24,000 nt of DNA from Balneolia bacterium (GTDB lineage: Bacteria; Bacteroidota; Rhodothermia; Balneolales; Cyclonatronaceae). The position numbers and the translations under genes are program-made. Each line of letters opens with the position of its first letter. Positions within the stretch are counted from its first letter, which is position 1. Positions 1-7,841 of this stretch are shown here, one piece after another. The stretch is from positions 1-24,000 of the forward strand of contig JAIUMA010000009.1 of NCBI GenBank assembly GCA_022565795.1, read 5' to 3'. The notes beneath the pieces were generated by a model that saw nothing but the letters and a program-made list of their open reading frames with translations, did not search any database and was not told the origin of the DNA.

Positions 1-93
1 TCATTTTAGAAGCGATTATTCGGTTTGATTTAGTTTTCCCCGGACAACAGTGATTCAGTAAACACAGATTAATAATCGTGTTGGTTGTTTTAC

Positions 94-135
94 CGCGAAG
101 GATCGCGAAGGTCTGCGCGAAGGACGCAACGGAAG
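94..135. repeat. Phased short direct repeat CGCGAAGG x3 (94-101, 104-111, 116-123) plus a degenerate fourth unit (125-135)
   Basis: Read directly: CGCGAAGGatCGCGAAGGtctgCGCGAAGGaCGCAACGGAAG. Unit spacing is 10 and 12 bp. Reverse-complement units (CCTTCGaCTTCGC) recur at 292-304 inside a GGCCC/GGGCC hairpin (289-312). Confidence 0.6.
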
Positions 136-140
136 TTTGG

Positions 141-235
141 GCATATTATAACCTTGGTGTTTCTTCGTGCCTTCCTTTTTTTGTGTTACCCCTTTAAAGC
201 CGAATTAAGCCCCTCCGTATGAGAAATGAATCGAT
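141..235. repeat. Copy A of a ~95-bp imperfect direct repeat (T-rich arm + invariant 19-mer TAAAGCCGAATTAAGCCCC at 195-213)
   Basis: Aligns by eye with 333-428. Shared blocks are TATTATAA/TTTTATAA, GTGTTTCTT(C/T)GTGC, a T-run, GTGTT and an identical 19-mer. A 1-nt indel lies in the T-run. Confidence 0.75.
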
Positions 236-332
236 AGATGATGGCTGCTGAAACGAGGGAGTTATCCCAAGTCGAAATACCATCTGATGGCCCTTCGACT
301 TCGCTCAGGGCCCGGTGTAGGAGGATTTGAGT

Positions 333-428
333 GTATTTTATAAACTATTTGTGTTTCTTTGTGCTTTTTCTTTTTTCGTGTTTCTCCATTAAAGCCGAAT
401 TAAGCCCCCGCATTAGAAATTAAATGAT
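333..428. repeat. Copy B of the ~95-bp imperfect direct repeat (19-mer at 390-408)
   Basis: Same blocks as copy A, offset by 195 bp. The 19-mer TAAAGCCGAATTAAGCCCC is identical in both copies. Confidence 0.75.
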
Positions 429-527
429 GCCCCCAGTCAAAAATCAGCCCCCCCGTTTGATGCACATGATGAAGCTTCATACCTTCAACAAAAATAAAAT
501 GACTAAAAAAGCCACAGATTTTTCAAC

Positions 528-2285
528 ATGAGTGCAACCGAGCAGTTTGTGCCCGAATGGGCCAAGGGTATCGTCTGGTACCAGATTTTCCCCGAGCGAT
601 TCCACCGGGGAGACACATCCAACGACCCCGGGCTGGCCGACCAGATTAACTCCTGGCCGCATGATCAGACATCACCCTACCAAACTCATCCGTGGACCAG
701 CGACTGGTATACGCGCCAGCCTTACGAGCAGGATAACAGGCTGAATCTGTCCGATACTTTGCAAAGGCGCAGATACGGCGGTGACCTTCAGGGCGTGCTC
801 GACAAACTCGATTATCTTGTGGATCTGGGCATTCAGGCGATCTATTTTAATCCGCTTTTTGAGGCACCATCGAGCCATAAATACGACGCGGCCACCTGGC
901 ATCATATCGATCCCAACTTCGGTCCCGATCCGGATGGTGACCGGAAAATCATAGCCACAGAAACCCCTGATGATCCTTCAACATGGAAGTGGACCTCAGC
1001 CGACAAGCTCTTCCTGAAGCTGGTAGATGAGCTCCATAAGCGCGGTATGCGCGTAATAATCGATGGGGTGTTTAACCACATGGGGCTCAACAGCTGGGTG
1101 TACAGAGACCTGGTTGAAAATCAGCGGGAGTCCCGTTTCAGCGACTGGATGAAGGTGGAAAAGTGGGCCGATGAAAGTAAAAACGGCGAGACCATCATCC
1201 GGACCTGGGAAGGCTATAAGGAATTGCCGGAAATCATGCAGAACCGAAGCGGCATTTTGCCCGGACCGAGACAGTACATTTTTGACATCACCAGGCGCTG
1301 GATGGATCCGCTCGGAAACGGTGAGCTCAGCAAAGGCATAGACGGCTGGCGTCTGGACGTGGCGTTTTGCATCAAACATCCGTTTTGGAAAAAATGGCGC
1401 AAGCACGTAAGGAGCATCAATCCGGAAGCCTATCTGCTGGCGGAAATCATCGACACGCCCAAAAAGCAGCAGCCTTATTTAAAGGGTGATGAGTTCGATG
1501 CCGTAATGAACTACAATTTTGCGTTCGCCGTATCGGAGTATTTTATTCGGGAAGACAAGCCCGCATTGCCTTCGGTGCTGGACAAAAAGCTGAAGGAGCT
1601 TCGCGAAGCCTATCCGCACGAGGTTTCTCATGTGATGCACAACCTTTTGGGTTCTCATGATACGGATCGGGTCGCTTCGAGAATTGCTAATTCGAAGCTG
1701 TTCACCATGCGAAACTGGAGTCAGTATTACCATAAATCTAAAATGGTGAACCCGAAGTACAAGACCGGAAAGCCGGGTGAGGCGGAGCGCCATATTCTGA
1801 AGCTGATGGTCGTTTTTCAGCTGACGTATCTCGGTGCGCCCGTGATTTACTACGGGGACGAAACCGGCCTTTGGGGCCCGAATGATCCATGCAACCGCAA
1901 GCCGATGCTCTGGCCGGAGCTTAAATACGACAACGAAACTGCGTTCCCTAACGAGCCGGACCGTAATGAGGAACCAAATGGTTTTGATGCTGATCTTCAC
2001 GCGCATCACCGGGAGTTGATTCGTGTACGCAGAGAAAATAAAGCGCTTGCGAACGGCGAGTACCGAACGATCATTGCCGATGACGTCAGTTCGGTGTTTG
2101 GGTTTGAACGCTATTTCGGTGACGAGCGCGTTGCCGTTATATTCAATACGGGCTCCGTTCGGTATGAGTGTTGCCCCGAAGGCTACGCGGAATCGGGGCT
2201 TCTGTTCGGCATGAATGCGGAGCTGAGCAGGAACGGAATCAGCCGGATTGAGCCGGATGGTGTCATCATAATTCGGAAAAAATAA
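528..2285 (+). CDS. Glycoside hydrolase family 13 (alpha-amylase family; cyclomaltodextrinase/neopullulanase-like), cytoplasmic
   Basis: 585-aa ORF carrying the four GH13 signature regions: VIIDGVFNHMG, GWRLDVAF, LLAEI, LLGSHDTDR. N-terminus is GIVWYQIFPERF. No signal peptide. Confidence 0.93.
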   Translation: MSATEQFVPEWAKGIVWYQIFPERFHRGDTSNDPGLADQINSWPHDQTSPYQTHPWTSDWYTRQPYEQDNRLNLSDTLQRRRYGGDLQGVLDKLDYLVDLGIQAIYFNPLFEAPSSHKYDAATWHHIDPNFGPDPDGDRKIIATETPDDPSTWKWTSADKLFLKLVDELHKRGMRVIIDGVFNHMGLNSWVYRDLVENQRESRFSDWMKVEKWADESKNGETIIRTWEGYKELPEIMQNRSGILPGPRQYIFDITRRWMDPLGNGELSKGIDGWRLDVAFCIKHPFWKKWRKHVRSINPEAYLLAEIIDTPKKQQPYLKGDEFDAVMNYNFAFAVSEYFIREDKPALPSVLDKKLKELREAYPHEVSHVMHNLLGSHDTDRVASRIANSKLFTMRNWSQYYHKSKMVNPKYKTGKPGEAERHILKLMVVFQLTYLGAPVIYYGDETGLWGPNDPCNRKPMLWPELKYDNETAFPNEPDRNEEPNGFDADLHAHHRELIRVRRENKALANGEYRTIIADDVSSVFGFERYFGDERVAVIFNTGSVRYECCPEGYAESGLLFGMNAELSRNGISRIEPDGVIIIRKK

Positions 2286-3536
2286 ATGAGTCAGAAAACA
2301 ACCGGGAAACATGTAATCATAGCCGGTGCCGGAGCAGCCGGACTCACCGCCGCCATTTTTGCAGCCGGTGCAGGGGCGAAGGTCACGCTGCTTGAGCGAA
2401 CGAACAAGGCCGGCAAAAAAATCCTGATGTCAGGCGGCACCAGATGCAACGTGCTTCCGGTGGTGGCCACGCTGGATGACTACCACACCTCATCATCCAA
2501 AAACCTGCTGAAGCGGATTTTTAAAACATGGTCGGTCGATGGATGCAAACAGTGGTTCACCGATGATATCGGTCTGAAGCTGGCCTGCGAAAACGAGTCG
2601 AACAAATGGTTTCCGGAAAGCAACTCGGCCAAGGAAGTGCGTGACCTCATGCTCCAAAAAGCGGAAAAGCTTGGCGTACGCGTTGTCTATGATGCGGCCA
2701 TCGACCGTTTGGAGCAAAAGGGTGATGGCGGCTGGGTGGTAAATACCAAGGACGCCGGACGTTTCGAGGGTGATGCGGTCATTATCGCTACCGGTGGTTT
2801 ATCGGTGCCCACTATCGGAACTGACGGCATGGGCCACGTGGTGATGCATCAGCTTGGTCATAAAGCCGGGCCGGTATATCCGGCGCTTACGCCCCTTACC
2901 GGCGACTACCAGCCCCACAAAGATTTGTCTGGTCTCAGCCTGAATGTTCAGGTTGATGTTTACTCAGGCGATAAAAAAACCACTGAGGCAAACCGAAGCG
3001 GCTTCCTCTTCACCCACAAGGGCTACAGCGGTCCTGCGGTACTGGATGTGTCGCATTTCAGACACCCTGAATATGTTAATATTTCGGCAGACAAAAATCA
3101 TATCACCAGTTATTTGATAAATTGGGACGGTGCGGACAGGGAAGAATGGGATAAGCGCCTGATTGGGAAAGGCAATGTAGCCGGGGTTTTGGCTAATTTT
3201 TTGCCTCGCCGCCTGGCAGAGCTCATTGCCAAAGAAGCAGGTCTTGAAGGGCGCAAGGTCGCTGAGATTAAGAAAAACGAGCGTAAAAAACTGCTTAAGC
3301 TTCTAACGGCCTATCCGCTTCCGGTAAGCGGCGACGAGGGATACCGCAAGGCTGAGGTTACGGGCGGAGGCGTACCCCTGGATGAAATCAACACCGCAAC
3401 TATGGAAAGCCGTAAGTATCCCGGTCTGTTTCTCTGCGGTGAAATAATGGACGTCTTCGGCCGCATTGGCGGCTTCAACTTCTACTGGGCCTGGGTGAGC
3501 GGTCGCCTGGCGGGATTGAAGGCGGGCGGGGAGTAG
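2286..3536 (+). CDS. HI0933/BaiN-type NAD(P)/FAD-dependent oxidoreductase (aminoacetone-oxidase-family flavoprotein)
   Basis: 416-aa ORF. N-terminal Rossmann motif VIIAGAGAAGLTAA, then KILMSGGTRCNV, and C-terminal GGFNFYWAWVSG typical of HI0933-like proteins. The ATG directly abuts the GH13 stop (TAAATG). Confidence 0.9.
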   Translation: MSQKTTGKHVIIAGAGAAGLTAAIFAAGAGAKVTLLERTNKAGKKILMSGGTRCNVLPVVATLDDYHTSSSKNLLKRIFKTWSVDGCKQWFTDDIGLKLACENESNKWFPESNSAKEVRDLMLQKAEKLGVRVVYDAAIDRLEQKGDGGWVVNTKDAGRFEGDAVIIATGGLSVPTIGTDGMGHVVMHQLGHKAGPVYPALTPLTGDYQPHKDLSGLSLNVQVDVYSGDKKTTEANRSGFLFTHKGYSGPAVLDVSHFRHPEYVNISADKNHITSYLINWDGADREEWDKRLIGKGNVAGVLANFLPRRLAELIAKEAGLEGRKVAEIKKNERKKLLKLLTAYPLPVSGDEGYRKAEVTGGGVPLDEINTATMESRKYPGLFLCGEIMDVFGRIGGFNFYWAWVSGRLAGLKAGGE

Positions 3537-3590
3537 AGTTTACATTCTGTCAATAAAGTTGGTCGAGTCAGCTTCTTAGAATCTGGCAAT

Positions 3591-3608
3591 GTTTCTATAT
3601 ATGGAAAC
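3591..3608. promoter_or_regulatory. Near-perfect 18-bp palindrome GTTTCtatatatgGAAAC upstream of the toxin gene (candidate antitoxin operator / -10-like TATATA)
   Basis: 16 of 18 positions are self-complementary. It lies 34-51 nt upstream of the 3642 start. Confidence 0.4.
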
Positions 3609-3641
3609 CTTTGCCTATCTTAAAGTGTTTAACTAAATGGT

Positions 3642-3979
3642 TTGCACGTGAGATATTTTGAAACACGTTTTTTGGAAGAAGCAAACGAGTTCATAGCCGG
3701 ACTTGACTCAAAGACTGTCAAAAAAATACTTTACAATATTGATCTTGCCGAACAAACCAATGACCCAAAACTTTTGAAAAAACTTCAAAATGACATTTGG
3801 GAGTTTCGGACAAAATACGCTGGGCTTCAAATCAGACTGCTGGCATTTTGGGATAAAACCGATAGCCAAAATACCTTGGTTTTTGCTACTCATGGCTTTA
3901 TTAAAAGGTGGACAAAGTTCCGAAGAGAGAAATTGAGCGGGCAATAAGAATCAGAAATGAATATTTCGACAACAAGTAA
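3642..3979 (+). pseudogene. HigB/Gp49-like (phage-derived, RelE/ParE superfamily) toxin with an apparent 1-nt frameshift near 3903-3908
   Basis: Frame 0 (TTG 3642 or GTG 3648) gives FLEEANEFIAGLD..IWEFRTKYAGLQIRLLAFWD..LVFATHGFIKR, then a non-family tail and a stop at 3947. The frame starting at 3908 continues as VDKVPKREIERAIRIRNEYFDNK* (stop 3977-3979), which is the tail I recall for this family. One extra A in the run at 3903-3906 would fuse the two frames. Confidence 0.75.
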
Positions 3980-3990
3980 GAGTAAAGCTT

Positions 3991-4317
3991 ATGGCGACTA
4001 AAAAAATAAAAAGTTATTCACTTTCCGAAATGAAGGATACGTATATCGGTAAAGTTGGAACAGCCGAACGTGACGAATACGAATACGAGCTCAGTATGGA
4101 TGTTTTGGGAAAAATGATTAAATCCGCGAGGCAGGAAAGACGTTTAACTCAGGAAGAGCTTGGGAAACTTGTGGGAGTCCAAAAAGCTCAAATTTCCAAA
4201 CTTGAAAGAAGTGCCAACAGCGCAACAATTGACACCGTCCTGAAAGTTTTCAAAGCCTTGAAAGCAGAGATTCATTTTAATGTGAAGCTTGAAGGCAACT
4301 TTGTGAAGCTCGTATAG
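3991..4317 (+). CDS. XRE-family helix-turn-helix antitoxin (HigA-like partner of Gp49 toxins)
   Basis: 108-aa ORF with RLTQEELGKLVGVQKAQISKLER (HTH_3-like). It is downstream of the toxin, the inverted HigBA order, and starts 12 nt after the restored toxin stop. Confidence 0.85.
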   Translation: MATKKIKSYSLSEMKDTYIGKVGTAERDEYEYELSMDVLGKMIKSARQERRLTQEELGKLVGVQKAQISKLERSANSATIDTVLKVFKALKAEIHFNVKLEGNFVKLV

Positions 4318-4388
4318 CTGACAATTAAAGCAAATGAATTAGGAACAATCAGATCCAACTTTTGAATGATTGCTCAGAAGAAACTGCA

Positions 4389-4523
4389 ATGAAGCAAATA
4401 CTTAGCCAGGAAGAAGACCAAATGACAAAAGCCGCTGATGAATTGTATGAAGACTATTTATCTGATAAAGAACTGACTGTATTCACAAACCTTGATTTTG
4501 AAAACTTCTATGAAGCAAGGTGA
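4389..4523 (+). pseudogene. Stub of a MazE/PemI-type antitoxin (C-terminal tail only)
   Basis: 44-codon ORF ending ..DYLSDKELTVFTNLDFENFYEAR*. This resembles the acidic tails of MazF-partner antitoxins. No DNA-binding N-terminal domain is found upstream (in-frame stop at 4335). It overlaps the following mazF-like start by 14 nt. Confidence 0.45.
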
Positions 4524-4557
4524 GATCTGGTTGATAAATGCTGACCCGACCACCTGA
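4510..4557 (+). pseudogene. N-terminal stub of a MazF/PemK-type toxin
   Basis: ATG AAG CAA GGT GAG ATC TGG TTG ATA AAT GCT GAC CCG ACC ACC TGA = MKQGEIWLINADPTT*. The GEIWLxNxDPT motif is the canonical MazF/PemK N-terminus. I could not recognise any continuation in any frame. Confidence 0.5.
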
Positions 4558-4809
4558 TGATTCCACAGTAAAATATTGAATGCGCTTACTATAGCTTCTT
4601 CAAGCACACCCTTAGACTCCGCGGCAGACAGGCTCTGCTTTTTAGTGTTTCTCCTCACGTTTAGAACAGGCTTAGAATTGGCATTCAATTTAGGTTAATC
4701 GAATCTTGCTAACGTGTATGCCTTTTTTGATTAACTTGATAACCGGTTGCCACGCAACAAAAGGCAGCTTGAACTTCATCATTATTATTGGAATAAAAAT
4801 AAAGTGCTT

Positions 4810-6837
4810 ATGTATAAAATTCTGATTCTTGTGCTGTGTTTTGCGCCCTCAGCAGTGGCCCAGCAGGTCCACACGGTTTCATCACCGGGCGAAATTAATC
4901 ACATCACTTTTGAGCTCATCGACGGAAAGCCATTCTACAGCGTCGATCGTCTGGGGCAGCCGGTAATTTTACGGTCAGCCCTTGGTTTTGAACTATCGGA
5001 AGCGGATGACCTGAAGGATGGCTTCACCCTGAAAAACCATGAATACAGTACGTTCGATGAAACCTGGACACAGGTTTGGGGTGAAAAAAAGCATATTCGA
5101 AATCATTATAACGAGCTTCGGGTAGAGTTAGCAGAACAAAGCGGTGATGAGCGTGAGCTTCATATTGTGTTCCGAGCCTATGATGATGGTATCGCGTTTC
5201 GTTACGAATTTCCGGAGCAGGGAAACCTCTCCGAAATCCTGATTGAAGACGAGCTGACCGAATTTGCGCTCACGGACAATCATGAAAGCTGGTGGATTGG
5301 CGCGTATCAGTGGAACAGGTTCGAGTACCTGACCGAATATTCGCACGTATCCGAAATGGATACGGTTCACACGCCGCTCACCATGCGCACCGCCGATGAT
5401 GTTTACCTCAGCTTTCATGAGGCCGCCCTTACCGACTATTCCACTATGACGCTCGAGCGTACCCACGACTACACCCTGAAAGCCAACCTGATGCCCTGGG
5501 CAGACGGTATTCTGGTCCGTACCGAAGCCCCTGCCGTTACGCCCTGGAGAACGCTTCAGATTGCCGACCGTCCGGGTGATTTAATCACCAGCTACCTTAT
5601 CCTCAATCTGAATGAGCCCAATAAAATCGAGGACACCTCGTGGATCGAGCCTTCAAAATATGTCGGAATTTGGTGGGAGATGCACCTCGATAAATCAACA
5701 TGGGGTCCGGGTGAGAACCACGGGGCTACAACCGAAAATGCAAAACGATATATCGACTTTGCCGCAGAGCACGGCTTCGATCATGTTCTGGTTGAAGGCT
5801 GGAATCCCGGCTGGGAAGGCGAGTGGTATGCGGATGGCGTTGTGTTCGACTTCACCCGTGCCTACGAAGATTTCGACCTGGACGGCGTGGCGCAATATGC
5901 GCTGGATAGCGGCGTGAGACTGATGGGGCATCACGAAACATCTGCCAGCGTGGAGCACTATGAAGGACAAATGCATGAAGCATACGCTTTGTATGAAAGG
6001 CTTGGTGTGCGTGCGGTCAAAACGGGCTATGTAGGTCATGGTCAGGAGGTGTTCTGGACCGACGAAGAGGGGAACCGGAACTACGAGTGGCATCACGGGC
6101 AGCATATGGTGCTGCATCATCAGCGGGTGGTGGAGCTTGCGGCACAGCACAAGATTTCGCTGAACGTGCACGAAGGAGTGAAAGACACCGGACTTCGCCG
6201 AACCTGGCCCAACCTGATGACGCGTGAAGTTGCCCGTGGTCAGGAGTACAACGCATGGGGCGAGAATCAGGGCAATCCGCCGGATCATACGCTGCTGCTT
6301 CCCTTCACCAGAAACCTGAGCGGTCCGTTCGACTACACGCCGGGCATTGTGGATCTTCATTTTGATCAGTATCGCCCGGACAACAGAGTGAATCACACGC
6401 TCGCTAAGGAATTGGCCCTCTATGTTGTGATTTTCAGTCCGCTGAACATGGCGGCTGATCTGCCTGAGAATTACGAAGCCAATCCGGTTCCGCTTCAGTT
6501 TATCAAAGACGTTCCGGTAGACTGGTACGACACTCAGGTGCTGGACTCGAGTATTGGTAACTACATCACCATTGTTCGCAAAGATGTGAACAGCGACGAC
6601 TGGTATCTTGGCAGTATCACCAACGAGCAGGGAAGGCTGCTGCAAACCCCGCTTCATTTTCTTGATGAAGGCAGGAGATACATTGCCAAAATATACCGCG
6701 ATGGTGATGATGCGCACTGGGATCACAATCCGTATGAAATGGTGGTAGAAGAGATTGAAGTTACAAGCCGCACGGTGCTTCCGTTACGTTTGGTGGCAGG
6801 CGGCGGTCAGGCGATTCGGTTCGTGGCGCAGGATTAG
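4810..6837 (+). CDS. Glycoside hydrolase family 97 alpha-glucosidase (SusB-like), secreted/periplasmic
   Basis: The ORF is open from TTG 4747, but ATG 4810 gives a clean signal peptide MYKILILVLCFAPSAVAQQ. Family-like stretches include YVGIWWEMH, GHHETSA, WPNLMTREVARGQEYNAW and the C-terminal FLDEGRRYIAKIYRDGDDAHWDHNPY. Confidence 0.92.
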   Translation: MYKILILVLCFAPSAVAQQVHTVSSPGEINHITFELIDGKPFYSVDRLGQPVILRSALGFELSEADDLKDGFTLKNHEYSTFDETWTQVWGEKKHIRNHYNELRVELAEQSGDERELHIVFRAYDDGIAFRYEFPEQGNLSEILIEDELTEFALTDNHESWWIGAYQWNRFEYLTEYSHVSEMDTVHTPLTMRTADDVYLSFHEAALTDYSTMTLERTHDYTLKANLMPWADGILVRTEAPAVTPWRTLQIADRPGDLITSYLILNLNEPNKIEDTSWIEPSKYVGIWWEMHLDKSTWGPGENHGATTENAKRYIDFAAEHGFDHVLVEGWNPGWEGEWYADGVVFDFTRAYEDFDLDGVAQYALDSGVRLMGHHETSASVEHYEGQMHEAYALYERLGVRAVKTGYVGHGQEVFWTDEEGNRNYEWHHGQHMVLHHQRVVELAAQHKISLNVHEGVKDTGLRRTWPNLMTREVARGQEYNAWGENQGNPPDHTLLLPFTRNLSGPFDYTPGIVDLHFDQYRPDNRVNHTLAKELALYVVIFSPLNMAADLPENYEANPVPLQFIKDVPVDWYDTQVLDSSIGNYITIVRKDVNSDDWYLGSITNEQGRLLQTPLHFLDEGRRYIAKIYRDGDDAHWDHNPYEMVVEEIEVTSRTVLPLRLVAGGGQAIRFVAQD

Positions 6838-6909
6838 GTTTGCAATCGACAGTATAAAAGATTTCATAGCATCAGAAACGGTGCTATGGAATCCTTGCGG
6901 AAGCCTTAT

Positions 6910-6947
6910 CTTCACCCTGAAAAGCTGAATTAATCGATTTTAAGCCC
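6910..6947. repeat. Partial third copy of the 5' repeat core, split by a 10-bp insertion
   Basis: CTTCACCCTGAAAAGCTGAATTAatcgatttTAAGCCC compared with GTTACCCCTTTAAAGCCGAATTAAGCCC (copy A). It lies immediately upstream of the pyrF ATG (6950). Confidence 0.4.
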
Positions 6948-6949
6948 GA

Positions 6950-7789
6950 ATGACTTTCCCCGAGAAACTTAAAAAAGCTCTAGACCAAACCGGAAGCAGT
7001 CTGATGATAGGTCTTGATCCTGTCTTCACAAAGCTGCCGGTAAAAATTCAGAAGCAGGTGGCTTCGGAAACGGAAGCTGTGCGCATTTTTTGCCAGGATA
7101 TCATTGAGCACACCCTTGACTCAGCCTGTGGTTACAAGCTGAATCTGGCTTTTTTTGAAGCGTTGGGCGACGATGGACTTGAGGTTTTTCATGAAGTCTG
7201 CAGCATAATACCGGATGACAAAATCGTGCTTGCTGACGCAAAACGCGGTGATATCGGCAACACGGCAGCCATGTATGCCACGGCTTTCTTCGATCGGTTT
7301 GGCTGTGATGCCGTAACCGTGAATCCGCTGATGGGCATGGAAACGCTGCTCCCGTTTCTGCAGGATGAAACCAAGTCTGTTTTTGCCCTGGCGCTCACCA
7401 GTAATCCCGGAGCTGCTGACTTACTTCTCCAAAAGCTTGAAAACGGCAAAACAGTTGCGGTACATCTGGCGTCCGAAATGGCGACACTGCAGCAGTCTGA
7501 AGAAGTGAAGGGCACAATCGGGATGGTAACTGGCGCGACCCAAACTGATAAACTCCGGGATGTGATTGCTGCTTTTCCCGGTGCGCCGCTGCTGATACCA
7601 GGAATCGGCTCTCAGGGAGGCGCGCCTGAAGCAGTTGTAAGTTTGATGAAAGATTTTGATAATCAGGGAATACCGGTAATCAGCCGCAGCATTATTTATG
7701 CATTTGAGCAGGATGATCCGCACTGGGTGCGTTCCGTTCAAAAAGCGGCAAGGAGCTACTCTGAGGAGTTTGCCGGACTTGTGCGCTGA
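6950..7789 (+). CDS. pyrF: Orotidine 5'-phosphate decarboxylase (long/type 2 form)
   Basis: 279-aa ORF with LMIGLDP, YKLNLAFFEALG, ADAKRGDIGNTA, DAVTVNPLMG and LIPGIGSQGG. Confidence 0.94.
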   Translation: MTFPEKLKKALDQTGSSLMIGLDPVFTKLPVKIQKQVASETEAVRIFCQDIIEHTLDSACGYKLNLAFFEALGDDGLEVFHEVCSIIPDDKIVLADAKRGDIGNTAAMYATAFFDRFGCDAVTVNPLMGMETLLPFLQDETKSVFALALTSNPGAADLLLQKLENGKTVAVHLASEMATLQQSEEVKGTIGMVTGATQTDKLRDVIAAFPGAPLLIPGIGSQGGAPEAVVSLMKDFDNQGIPVISRSIIYAFEQDDPHWVRSVQKAARSYSEEFAGLVR

Positions 7790-7841
7790 ATCCGAATTTT
7801 GAGCGCATCACCCAAAACACGAACTGAGTAAAAAACAGATA

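Noticed and set aside
154-423. Phe/Leu-rich micro-ORFs through the two repeat units (154-222; 331-423, the latter with an AGGAGGA 6 nt upstream of its GTG), both ending ..KAELSP..
   Set aside because: The similarity reflects the shared T-rich DNA and the 19-mer. A 1-nt indel in the T-run breaks frame correspondence upstream, copy A lacks an ATG or GTG with any start context, and Shine-Dalgarno use is weak in this phylum. It was kept only as a remote possibility.
1-430. Possible CRISPR array or tandem-repeat locus at the window start
   Set aside because: There are only two long, imperfect units with non-uniform spacing, no short identical repeat/spacer periodicity and no cas genes.
996-2312. 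Minus-strand ORFs of 136 aa and 277 aa antisense to the GH13 gene
   Set aside because: Same reasoning: the GH13 signature regions are all in the plus frame, and the antisense products look like shadow ORFs.
4458-4688. 76-aa minus-strand ORF in the TA-remnant region
   Set aside because: No recognisable motif. It overlaps the mazEF-like stubs on the opposite strand and is likely spurious in AT-rich DNA.
4747-4809. N-terminal extension of the GH97 ORF from a TTG start (MPRNKRQLELHHYYWNKNKVL)
   Set aside because: ATG at 4810 gives a textbook signal peptide. The extension is basic and unstructured, and depends on a rare start codon.
5695-6726. 343-aa ORF on the minus strand, antisense to the GH97 gene (also 5128-5466, 6017-6256 on the minus strand and 5612-5917 on the plus strand)
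   Set aside because: The plus-strand frame carries unmistakable GH97 motifs along its whole length. The antisense translation is R/H/V/P-rich with no recognisable motif, which is typical of a shadow ORF in a stop-poor reverse frame.
6865-6888. Hairpin CATAGCA-N10-TGCTATG after the GH97 stop, as a possible terminator
   Set aside because: The 7-bp stem is not followed by a T-run, so it is not a canonical intrinsic terminator. Function is undetermined.
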